From: Gracilinanus agilis
Taxonomy: Eukaryota
Length of the DNA stretch: 64,000 bases
Direction: 5' to 3'
Assembly: GCF_016433145.1 (NCBI RefSeq)
Contig: NC_058132.1
Span: 624,756,837 to 624,820,836, forward strand
Notes under the pieces: generated by a model
What the model was told of the DNA's origin: nothing
The model's input: only the letters and a program-made list of their open reading frames with translations
Database searches by the model: none
Shown here: piece after piece, positions 1 to 9,750 of the stretch
How positions within the stretch are numbered: position 1 is the first letter of the stretch
How the letters are laid out: each line of letters begins with the position of its first letter
Program-made: the position numbers and the translations under genes

Positions 1-120
1 GATTTCCAGAATTTACAAACACCCACATTGTTCATTCCAAGGAGAGATTTGGATTTAAAGGGATCACCCATGTTTCTTTTTTCATCTTCTTTTTTCTTTT
101 CTTTTTTTTTTTTTTTACAA

Positions 121-137
121 TATATACAATGGAAGAC
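121..137 (-). promoter_or_regulatory. miR-7 8mer followed 1 nt later by a Pumilio response element
   Basis: Minus strand GTCTTCCA-T-TGTATATA (137-130; 128-121). Confidence 0.55.
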
Positions 138-813
138 TTTGATTTCTTTTTTTTTGTCCTATTTTTGTTTCTGTTCACTAGCCAAGTTCAAGCTGATGGC
201 TACAAAGAGCAGGTATAGAAAATTTGTCTTCAGTTTAGTTAACACGGCCTACTACTATCTTATAAGAGAAGTATAAAATTATGATTTCATTGTAAGGAAC
301 TCAGATCAACATCAGGTTTATGTTACAAGAGATATTATCAGTAAATATAGCTGTACAATCAAGGGTCATCTGCGGACCTAGGAATAATATTATATTATTT
401 TCTGAATTACAATCTTCAAACAAGAATAGTACCCTACTCTATTCTCATTAGCCTTGTTTTAAGCAGTTCCCCCACTCTGTTTACAACAGAACATAATGTA
501 CCTCAGTTCCACACCCCCCCCCAAAAAAAGATGTGCTGTAGGAAAAAAAAGTTACATTTTAATTAAAAAAAATTACATATATAAATCAAAACCTATGTTA
601 AATATTTAATACTCTCCAACCAACATTAACAGTTTGGTATGTAATAATTTACAATGATGATCTGTCATACAGGTTTTTCAGCAGCAAATGAAATTTAGCG
701 TACTGTGTAAATGTGCTAAGAGTAAACCCAGTCTCATATGACATAGTGGTGGGCACATCAGTTCCATGTGGCCAGCTAAGTCCTTGCGGTCGCTGATGAA
801 GCTTGTCCTGATG

Positions 814-821
814 TCACAGTG
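814..821 (-). promoter_or_regulatory. miR-128 8mer / miR-27 7mer-m8 site
   Basis: Minus strand CACTGTGA. Confidence 0.6.
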
Positions 822-830
822 CTTTTCTGC

Positions 831-837
831 TTGGCAC
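831..837 (-). promoter_or_regulatory. miR-96 7mer-m8 site
   Basis: Minus strand GTGCCAA. Confidence 0.55.
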
Positions 838-885
838 AACAGAGAATGTGCAGTTCAGTCAACGGACTCCTGAGGTTTGTGTTAA

Positions 886-892
886 GTAAACA
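886..892 (-). promoter_or_regulatory. miR-30 family 7mer-m8 site
   Basis: Minus strand TGTTTAC. Confidence 0.5.
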
Positions 893-908
893 AACTAAAC
901 TGGGTGTA

Positions 909-915
909 TCGTACC
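909..915 (-). promoter_or_regulatory. miR-126-3p 7mer-A1 site in IRS1 3' UTR
   Basis: Minus strand GGTACGA = complement of seed CGUACC plus A; miR-126 is a reported IRS1 regulator. Confidence 0.75.
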
Positions 916-1029
916 ATCTACCGAGGAGGAGGAGGAGGATGTGAGGTCCTAGTTGTGAGACATGAAACACTTGGCGTCTGAATACCCATGAGTTAAGAAG
1001 GATTTGCTGAGGTTGTGTAGGTCATCATT

Positions 1030-1062
1030 CTGCAAGAGAAGAAAAAAAAAGAAGAAGAAGAA
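1030..1062 (-). promoter_or_regulatory. IRS1: 3' splice site (polypyrimidine tract + CAG) of the IRS1 terminal exon
   Basis: Minus strand CTTTCTTCTTCTTCTTTTTTTTTTCTTCTCTTGCAG|AATGATG; AG at 1031-1030. Confidence 0.9.
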
Positions 1063-1505
1063 AGTTATGATCACGGGTGTATTTTTTGTTTTTTTTTTTG
1101 CTAAGGATAATGATTATTCTAGGATGTGAAGGAGGCCACGTAAGAGCAATCAAGGGTGCCAGACATAACAAACGCTGTCCTAAATATCTAAAGAAAGCCT
1201 GTGGACTTTCACTTTTACTAAAATAGAAGAAATAACTTACTAAAATATAAAAAATAATTTGCTACAATATGAGAAATAAAATATAAGAATCTAGAACAAA
1301 CAGAATCACAATCTAAAGTTGGCAAGCATACAACAGGCAAACAAATTAAGATAATTTTTAAGAGATCAAGAAAATGAGAAGTCTTGGAAACCTATATGTA
1401 GTACTGATTTTAAGACAGAATAGGAAGGGGGATTAAGGAAGGCAAGTTTAGTTTAAGAATAAATAGCTGAGAAGGAAGGTCATTGCATTTAGATTCAAAG
1501 GTAAT

Positions 1506-1791
1506 GTTCAATGTTCAAATCACGGGATTTATCTTATTTGGGTTTTTAAGGTTTTATTTTCAGTTCCAAATTCTATCCCTCTCTCCATTCTGTGTAATTA
1601 GAATCTATTCCCCACGACTCCAATTCCCAGCATTCTACTTTCATTCTCACATTACGTCCTTACGTTTTTGGAGATAAAGTTTGTGTGTAACCCTGCCTCA
1701 GTTTTTCTCTTTTATTTCTTTTACTTCAAATGATTATTAATAAATCTTATAAAATATTTGGGAGTTATTGGATATTAATTTTAATCTTACA
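1506..1791 (+). mobile_element. Solo LTR, marsupial ERV-type; start approximate
   Basis: Ends AATAAATCTTATAAAATA...GGATATTAATTTTAATCTTACA, with internal GACTCCAATTCCCAGCATT; shares these blocks with the copy at 16757-17092. Confidence 0.65.
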
Positions 1792-1955
1792 ATTCCATCC
1801 AAGCTCATCAAGAAAGGCAAGAAATGCAATGAAGTATCAGAGGATTTGGAGATGGAAAGGGAACCTAGAGATCATTAATTTTACAAGAGGAAAATGAAGA
1901 AAGGCATCTCAAAATCACACAGTGGGTTATTTTCAAGGCAGGTCCTCTGACCCTA

Positions 1956-2012
1956 AGGCCTCTCTTCTTTTCACGGTCTTACCAGGCCTCTCTTCTTTTC
2001 ACGGTCTTACCA
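1956..2012. repeat. Perfect 28-bp tandem duplication
   Basis: AGGCCTCTCTTCTTTTCACGGTCTTACC at 1956-1983 and 1984-2011. Confidence 0.95.
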
Positions 2013-2057
2013 TACCTCTGACTCAAGAAGGCAAGACTTTCAAAAAGAATCCCCTTT

Positions 2058-2246
2058 GGATGAAGACACTAAACGATAACTCTAGTCCAATTGTCAATAA
2101 TATGGAATTAGGTCTTGATCAATGATACATGTAAAACCCAGTGGAATTGTGTGTTGGCTAAGGGGGGTTAGGGGGGTTTGGGGAGAGGGAAAGAACATGA
2201 AATATGTAACTATGGAGAAATATTCAAAATTAAAATATAATAATAA
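2058..2246 (+). mobile_element. 5'-truncated opossum L1 3' end with 16-bp TSD
   Basis: L1 3' UTR (GTAAAACCCAGTGGAATTG, G-rich tract, A-rich tail); TSD AAAAAGAATCCCCTTT at 2042-2057 and 2247-2262. Confidence 0.85.
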
Positions 2247-2549
2247 AAAAAGAATCCCCTTTATACAAAATGGTGGTGAGACAGATATTTTTTTATAACA
2301 ACTTAAGTCCCTTTTATAAAAAAAAATGCTCTTAATAGTCAACTGCCCCAAGTCTATAAAGAAGATACCAGATCCCTATAGTGAGGGCTAAGCTAGGAAA
2401 ACAAGGCATTGAAGAAGTTAATCAATACTGCCCCCGCTCTCCCTTCTTGCCCCCTCTCCTTTCTGAAAGGGAATTTTTGCTAATATTTACACTGCAGGTT
2501 TCAGGTAAATCCAAACTCATAAAACTAGGATTATAGTGTTTTGTTTATG

Positions 2550-2790
2550 TGTATACATATATACACACAAAAAAATGTGTTATATATATATATAAATTTT
2601 ATACATATTTATATATAAATTTCATGTATATTTTATTTATATAAATTTTATATATTTATGTATATAAATGTTATATTTATATATACACTTTACATATCTA
2701 TATATATAAATGTTATATTTATATACACTTTACATATTTATGTATATAAATTTTGTATTTATATACAAGTGTATATGAGAGCAGTTCTAT
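2550..2790. repeat. Degenerate (TA)n microsatellite with an internal ~37-bp duplication
   Basis: TATATAAATGTTATATTTATA...TACACTTTACATAT at about 2661 and 2703. Confidence 0.9.
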
Positions 2791-3069
2791 ATATTTTAAA
2801 ATCTGAACCCTGCTACTAAAAGATAGGCAAACAGTCTATTTTTCCTTACTTGCAAATAAAGACTTGCCATAGAGACACTAAGGTAACAACATTAAAAAGG
2901 GCTCCTGTCCTGTGCCCATTAATTGCCAAGGAACAGAATTTACTTTGTGTGGTCCTTCAAGTGAAAGGGAAGCCTATCTCTGCAAATGATGTGTGGTATG
3001 CTGGGAAACTCCCCAGAGAATTATCTCACAGATCTCTTATTTACTTTCAACTTTCTCCTGAACCCCTCT

Positions 3070-3615
3070 AGCAGCCGCCTGGAATGTTCCTCCCCGAATA
3101 CCTCCGCATGGCTTACTTACTTACTTAGCAGAGCTTCGAAGCTCGGGGGCCTAAAATTAGACGGTAATGCCGTACTTTATTACAGGACTGGTGACAAACA
3201 AAGAAATTGCCTAATTTAAACAGGGAAAGAGTGAAGGGCGCAGGGTTTGCTTTTCATTTCATATCTGGCTCTCTTCCAGAAAAGCTGAATGAATAGCTCT
3301 GCGGAGGAACAAACTGTACCCAGTAAGGCGGGTAGAGGCACACGCTGGAACCTGCGCTGCCTGCACAGAGATGAGGGTGGGGGGGCCATAGGGGAGGGGA
3401 GCTTCCCTGTATGTGTTGAAATCGATGGCTCCGAGTTAATTTCAGTGCGGCCCCAGTCCTTTCTGGCGGGTCAGCTGACGCCGCGGGAGATCCGAAGGGA
3501 TCTCCTGGCTCTGAAAGGTCCCTGCCTATACCTGAAAAATACCAAATCTATTATTTCCCAAAGCGTTCTAACAGACGCTCGTTGGAAGACAACGACGATC
3601 CTCGCTCACCAATAA
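3070..3615. promoter_or_regulatory. CpG-rich non-repeat regulatory element (weak CpG island)
   Basis: About 26 CpGs counted by eye in about 540 bp of an otherwise CpG-poor intron; CCAAT at 3609-3613; CAGCTGACG at 3472-3480. Confidence 0.6.
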
Positions 3616-4597
3616 GTGGAGTTTCAATAGATTTGGTTCCCAATTGGGCTATTTCTAGAATTTAAATTTAAATTAAACTCAATTCAAGTTAAATTCTTGG
3701 GCTATTTCTAGAGTAAACATATATTACCAACTTGGGATATTTGGGAAGGACCTACAAGATAAATTCAATCCCCAATGTTTTGACCTTTGCCATCATGATT
3801 GGAATAAATCTTTGGTCTTCTAGGTGACTCTTTTATTGGAAAAATAACCATTTGATATTAGGGTTCCAGGATGTTTATTAATTTACTTTTTTGTATCCAT
3901 ACACACACATCTGTAAATAATACTTATTTATATTTGTATATATACATGCACACATATATACTTTTTTGGGTACACACACACATGCCCAAAATCGAGTTAA
4001 GAAGCCAGATGCCTTCAATGATTAAGAAATACTATCTAAAAATACAGAGAGAGAGGAAAAAAAAAAACTATGATAAGCTTATGCAGAAGGCCCAAATCTT
4101 TGGGCACAGTAAGATGTGAGACATCTCCTTAGAAAAAAAAAAAGACCATGAATATTCCCCTTCTACTATTTGCCATTCCTGGGATTAACTCTTATGAGTT
4201 ATATCATCCTGTGATGATAACTTGTGAGCACAGTAACATGACACCCCCAAAGGCCAGAGGGTTTTGGGATGGGAAATTACTTTTATGATATTGCCATGTC
4301 CCCAAAACATTGTTCTACATACCCTCCTATTGATTCTTCTAGTACTATAATATCAACTTATCAATAATATTAACAGAGATGAAATGAAAATGCTTTGAGA
4401 ATTCACAAATGCATCTACACTCAAGAAAGGGTCAGTCCTTTTGAAATAAGTCTTTGAGGCTTACAAATTATTACATTACCACATATGGTAGAAATTCACA
4501 TTTTACTGGATGATAATCACTGAAGCCATTTTTCAGATGATGAGAGGCAAGGCGGGGGAGAGAAAAAGAGGAATGTGAGACTTGAATAGAGGAGATC

Positions 4598-5356
4598 AAA
4601 ATAGACAATTTTGATTATGTAAAATGTAAAAGCTTTTGGAAGAATAAAATCAATTTAACTAGAATAAAATGAAGCTGTCAGTTATAAGAAACTATCTTTC
4701 TAGAAAATTTCTCTGATAAAGATCTGCTATCCAAGATATATCAAAAGCTGATATAATAGAGACATTTCCCAAAAGAAAGGGGTCAAAGAATATTAATGGA
4801 CAATTTTTCAAAGAATAAATGCAAACTATTGACAATTATATAAAAAATGTTCCAAATCACTAAAAGTAATGGAAATGCGCATTAAAACAATTGAGGTTTC
4901 ACCTCTCACATTAATCAGAGTGGAAAAGAAAAAAAACAAGGAAAATGATCAATATTGAAGGGACTATGGGAAACCCAGGCACATAAATGAATTGCTGGGG
5001 GAGCTATGATTCAATTTCAACTTTCTGGGAAAAAAAATACTAGAAAAGTCACAAGGAGGCTTTTATGAACTGTTGCAGAGTTAAAAGATATAACAGAAAA
5101 CAGTCATTAGGACTGATCAATGCAGAGGCAATTGAGAAGGGATTCAGTGAAACCTATATTTCTCTTTTCTTGACAGAGAGATGGTGGGCTGCTGGTAAAG
5201 AACAAGGCATTTGACTTTAGACATGGTCCATGTCTTGGTTTGTTCTGAGTAAATACTGCTCTTTTACAAGAGGGACATTTCATTGTTGACAGAGGCCAGG
5301 GAGAAGTGTCATTGGAAAATAAAATGTAAAAAAAAAAAAAAAAAGAAAAAGAAAAC
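4598..5356 (+). mobile_element. Old marsupial L1, ORF2 3' end and 3' UTR, degraded
   Basis: AAAATAGACAATTTTGATTATGTAAAA...GAAATGCGCATTAAAACAA...GAGGTTTCACCTCTCACA and terminal poly(A); many stops. Confidence 0.75.
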
Positions 5357-5944
5357 ATTTATTTTTTTTCTAAAAGAATATGAGATTTTTGCCACTTTTC
5401 AAGCTGTTTCATTGTACTGGATTATTTTTTATCATGAAAGCAGCTATTATGTTGTATGATTTCAAAACCTGTGCAATAAGCACCATCAAAGTAATCCAGA
5501 TTTAGCTTAAAACCTCTTATTTGAGGGTGTGTTTACACCCCCTGAAATCTAACAACAATTTGTTTAGCAATGTGTGAGACAGCAGCACACATCTGTGGAA
5601 AGCATTATTAGTAATTCCTATTTTACTGAGGATAGAGGTAAAGAGTACTAAAGTTGTTCAGCTTATACTGTAACACTGCCAGAAATACCACATTTCCTGT
5701 TCTAACTACACTTAAAAATTATTGCACTAATTAAGTTTTCTTCAATGGAGCTCACTGTCTGAAGTTTCACGGAAGGTTCAACTAGAAAAATAATTCTAGG
5801 AATTAAATCCAACTACTTAAAGTAAAACAATGACTTAATCCAAAGAAAAGAGTATGCAAAGAATATGGCAAATATAAGCTTTGCAGAATCTAAGAACAAG
5901 AAAGTTAAATATACCAAAGTAACAGTATTATTATATTGTTCCCT

Positions 5945-6165
5945 TCTCTTTTCTTTTCTTTTTTTTTTTTTTTAAACTCTTGCCTTCTATCTTGGAATCA
6001 ATACTGTGTATTGGTTCCAAGGCAGGAGAGTGCTACAGGGTGGGTGATGGATTAGATGATTTTCCCAAGATCATCCTGCTAAGAAATGTCTGAGGCCAAA
6101 TTTGAACCAAAGGCTTCTCATCTCTAGGCCTGGCTCTCAATCCACTGAGCCACCCAACTGCCCCC
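5945..6165 (-). mobile_element. Opossum CORE-SINE (SINE1_Mdo/Mar1-like)
   Basis: Reverse of GGGGGCAGTTGGGTGGCTCAGTGGATTGAGAGCCAGGCCTAGAG...TTCAAAT...CCTTGGAACCAATACACAGTATTGATT plus poly(A). Confidence 0.85.
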
Positions 6166-6269
6166 TATTCTCTTTCATATATGCTATCTAGTAAAAACAT
6201 ATCTGATAAAACTAGAATCAAAATTCCTAAATGTGGTTGGTTTCTTGGTTCACTTATAGCTGTACAGAT

Positions 6270-6560
6270 GCACATCATGGAAGGCCACGCTCTCAAAAGA
6301 TTAATTTTAGGGTTGCCCAAAGGACAATGAAGAAATAATTTGGTGGGGATGAGTACGCTTCATTAAAAAAGAAGCAGACTGTAGGAAGAGAGACATGAAA
6401 TGGATGGTACTGTCATTCCAATCGGTATTGTCACAATAAATCCCCTAGCACATTGGTTGGAAGCCCTTTGAGGAACTTAAACAGCTGTAAAATGGGCACA
6501 TGTCCTACAGAAGAAGTCACAAAAGGACTGTGATTGGCAACACTGGAAGGAGTATCCACA
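6270..6560 (+). mobile_element. Degraded RTE LINE 3' fragment
   Basis: CATGGAA...CCCAAAGGACAATG...GGTGGGGATGAG and CCTAGCACATTGG...CACTGGAAGGAGTATCCAC resemble the marsupial RTE 3' end (recalled). Confidence 0.55.
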
Positions 6561-6589
6561 TAAATGTGATCACATATGTCATATTGAAG

Positions 6590-6800
6590 TAATTAACTCA
6601 ACTGACTAATGAGTCTGAGATCATGGATTCTTTCACCAATGTGGATCCATTTGCTATGCTCTTGTTACATGACCCAGATCATGTCCAAATCCTTCTAGCC
6701 ATCTTACAAATTCATACCACACAGGGGACTGGGTGAGAGAATGAGGACAGAATGACAAAAATGGCATGTCCGGCTGCCAATAGTGGATCTGCAGTGTCAT
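6590..6800 (+). mobile_element. Ancient SINE relic, MamSINE1-like
   Basis: GATCATGGATTC...GCTATGCTCTTGTTACATGACC...AGCCATCTTACAAAT...CACAGGGGACTGGGTGAGAGA resembles recalled MamSINE1 consensus. Confidence 0.45.
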
Positions 6801-6979
6801 CTTAACATATAGGCAACAATGCCTTTTTATTCACTAACAGTTCAATCACTTGAAGGATTATTTCTTCCAGAAATTAAACTTTTAATTAAATTTAATTAAA
6901 ATTTAAAATTTAAGCTTTGACATTCTACATATGACCATCTGCCTTTAAGCATTTTTTAATGATTCAATACCTCCAAACT

Positions 6980-7220
6980 ACAATCCTAGGCTCCTATTCA
7001 TAGACACAATATTTTTTTGCAATGGGTATTCCACAGTTGCTTCTTTCTCCATGCCAATTCCATTTCTGGACTTCCACAATCTGGTTTCCATTTTCACCAG
7101 TCCACTGCAACTTTCTCAAGGGTCATCACCGATCTTCTCTTAGAAAAATCCAATAGCTTCCTTTTCAGTCTCATCCTTTGAGATTAGCCCTAAGCATTAA
7201 ACTCCTTGTTACTCAAATCA
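6980..7220 (+). mobile_element. L2 LINE fragment
   Basis: CAATCTGGTTTCC...CCACTGCAACTTTCTCAAGGGTCATCACCGATCTTC...AAATCCAATAGC...TTTTCAGTCTCATCCT, typical of L2 ORF2. Confidence 0.65.
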
Positions 7221-7639
7221 TAATTCTTCCCACTATACATTCTTGGTTTAGTTTTCCTCCACCTAACTTGAAATTTGACTTTATCTTCTCCAAATTGCAG
7301 AGCCTAAAAAATGAGAACAACCCATCCCTGATCAAGCCCTGTCACAACATTCTCCATAATGGCTATCCAACCTCTGCTAGAGGACCTACAATAAGGAAGC
7401 CCCACTTTCTCCAAAAGGATCTCTTTCCAGTTTCTATGTAAGGGAACAGACTAGATGACCTTGATAGTCTCTTCCTCATTCTAATTTTGAACCACTGCTC
7501 TAATGATTAGAAAGAATTTTTCCTTACATTGTTGGCATGCAAACCTCCGTTAGAGTACAGATTGTTTCATTCTTTCTATTTCCAGCACTAAGGACAGTGC
7601 CTCGCATATTGGAAATATTTAATAAATGCTTGCTGGTTG

Positions 7640-7960
7640 GCCTGGGTCCCTTCCTCATGTACCCATTGAGCTTAGTTATGTGCCTGGAAGCAGAACAAAT
7701 CTAATCTTTCTTCAACAAGGCAGCTCTTCAAATTCTTGAAGGTGGTAATCATTCTCCCTTGAGTTTTCTCTTCTTCAAATTGAACATTCCAAGTCTCTTC
7801 TTCAAATTAAACATCCCAAGTTGCTTCCACCAATCCATGGTTGTGTGAAGTTCTCTGAGCCAGCCTGGTTATCCATGTCTAAACTAACCTGTCTAGTCTA
7901 CATCTTTCCTAAAACGTAGTGCCTAGGACTGATCTCATTCTCAACTTCCCCACTACTGCC
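7640..7960 (-). mobile_element. CR1/L3 fragment
   Basis: CTTGAGTTTTCTCTTCTTCAAATTGAACATTCCAAGT...TTTCCTAAAACGTAGTGCCTAGGACTGA. Confidence 0.55.
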
Positions 7961-9009
7961 AAAAGAACCAAAAAGTCTCCTCATACATGTGTCTTACTCT
8001 CAATCCTGAAATCACATCATTATTAGGCATTTATGAACATTTAATTTTGCCCAACACTGATTTAAGTGCTACAGAAAGAAAAAATATGTTTGAAACTGTT
8101 CCCACCAAATAAACTCAACCCGTTACAGAGAAAAAAACTCAAAATAATAACAATAATAGTGGTTGATTATTTACTTAGTGGGTTTTTTGGGTTTATTATA
8201 ATTAATACACAATTTCAAAGAGGAGACCTAGAACTAAAAAACTAAAAAACGATAACTCAATCCATGGATGAAAAGGAGGAATTTACATTAAGCTTGTTAT
8301 CAGGAATAAGTATCCCATGCCTTTGCACTTCATGCCTTTCAGATCCAACCAATTTCCCTAATACTGCTTAGTTCTATTCCCTTCCCATCCATACAACTCA
8401 TTCTTGAAAGCCTACATATATATTCAAGTCTAGGAAGTACAATTCCAGTCTAGGTATCATAAAGAATCATAACAATGACTTGGCAAAGTTCACCTGAACC
8501 TGAGCTTTATAACGAAAAAATAAAAAGGTGTTGAATTCTTTGATTCAAGTAATTTTTCCTTTTAGGGTATATATACACATTTTCAAATGCTGATTTCTAA
8601 ATGTGCTTTAATCTCACAAAATAAAGCTAGTAGATGTGTAAACACATATCTATATAAATGGAGGAAGAGAAAGAGAATATATATGTCTCTTTTGTGTTAA
8701 ACATATTTGTGTTATCAAAAAAGGATTAGACAAATTCAAGAATAAGAAGGATAGTTGTATAGTCTAATTTTCTAGCAGTCATAAAGAATCATAGCACAAA
8801 AAGAAAGGAAAACTAGCTTGGAGTCTATGAATATAAGATTTGAGGATCCTTATTCAAGGAAGGAATCTCTAGACTCTTAGAAGTAGCCTAACTGGCAATA
8901 TAGAACTAGAAATAATGCATTTTAGGGTCTCTCAATTCCTTTTGTTAATTACTTTCCATTTATCCTCTGTACTGTTTTGCTTATATTTTTGCATTTGATT
9001 ATAAACTCT

Positions 9010-9120
9010 GCCAAGCCAGGGCTGTTTTTGTTTTGTTTTGTTTTGCCTCTTTTTGTAGCTTTCACACTCAGCATAATGCCTAGCACAGAATAACTGCTTA
9101 ATAAATGTTTATTAATTGAA
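9010..9120 (+). mobile_element. L2 3' end
   Basis: AGCATAATGCCTAGCACAGAATAACTGCTTAATAAATGTTTATTAATTGAA. Confidence 0.7.
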
Positions 9121-9307
9121 AAAAAAAAGAAGTAGCCTAAATGGTAGATTGTGGAAGACAAGCCTATTGGTTTTAAACAGGTATCAAAAACATTCCTAGT
9201 AAAAAGGTAGCCTTTATAGCAATGGCTATACTAAGCTCCATATTAACCTCTTCTCTCACCAACATTTCCACTTGATTCCATTGGTGGCCCTAGAAATTCC
9301 ATTTGAA

Positions 9308-9750
9308 AACCATTTATTAAGTATCTGCTATGAGTAAGGTTTTAAGGCAAAAATGAAAAAGACTGCTCTCAAAGGAACTCACATCCTCCAATGGGGATTC
9401 CACATGTGCATATGTTTTAAAAATAAAGAGCCTACAAAGCCATTTCAAGGGAGAAAGAGTACTATGAAGTGGGGGTCTCAGAAAAGGCTTTATGTATAAG
9501 CTGGCACCCAAGCAATATTTTGATGGAAACTCGGGATTCTTGGGTGCAGGTAAGGGGAACTTGTTGAAAAGCATGGATGGATGAGATACAATGTTGTTTT
9601 TTATCTTAAAGACAAATGAGAAGGACTGAAAATTTTTTTTATTTGGGGGGGAGGATATCAGAGACCTATTTTTTTAGGAATATCAATTTAGTAACTATTT
9701 GGAGGACAGATTGGAACAGAGTGGCAACTACTGCAATAATATGATCCAAT
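9308..9750 (-). mobile_element. L2 fragment
   Basis: CATTTATTAAGTATCTGCTATG...CTCTCAAAGGAACTCACATCCT and purine-rich L2-like continuation. Confidence 0.6.

Larger units (their letters stand above)
1..1029 (-). other. IRS1: 5' part of the IRS1 terminal exon (3' UTR); continues beyond the left edge
   Basis: Minus strand reads AATGATGACCTACACAACCTCAGCAAATCC...CTCATGGGTA...CACAACTAGGACCTCA...GTAGATGGTACGAT...GGACTTAGCTGGCCAC...CTGATGTGCCCACCAC...GAGTATTAAATATTTAACATAGGTTTTGATTTATAT. This matches in order the human IRS1 exon 2 sequence as I recall it (not database-checked). It starts exactly at a canonical acceptor. Confidence 0.9.

Noticed and set aside
776-970. 64-aa minus ORF in the terminal exon
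   Set aside because: Lies in the IRS1 3' UTR, not in phase 0 from the acceptor, and has no recognisable similarity
2160-2190. G-quadruplex-like tract
   Set aside because: Standard feature of the L1 3' UTR, not locus-specific
3216-3389. 57-aa minus-strand ATG ORF (MAPPPSSLCRQRR...) and the 108-aa plus ORF 3289-3615 in the CpG element
   Set aside because: Expected by chance in GC-rich DNA; no homology recognised
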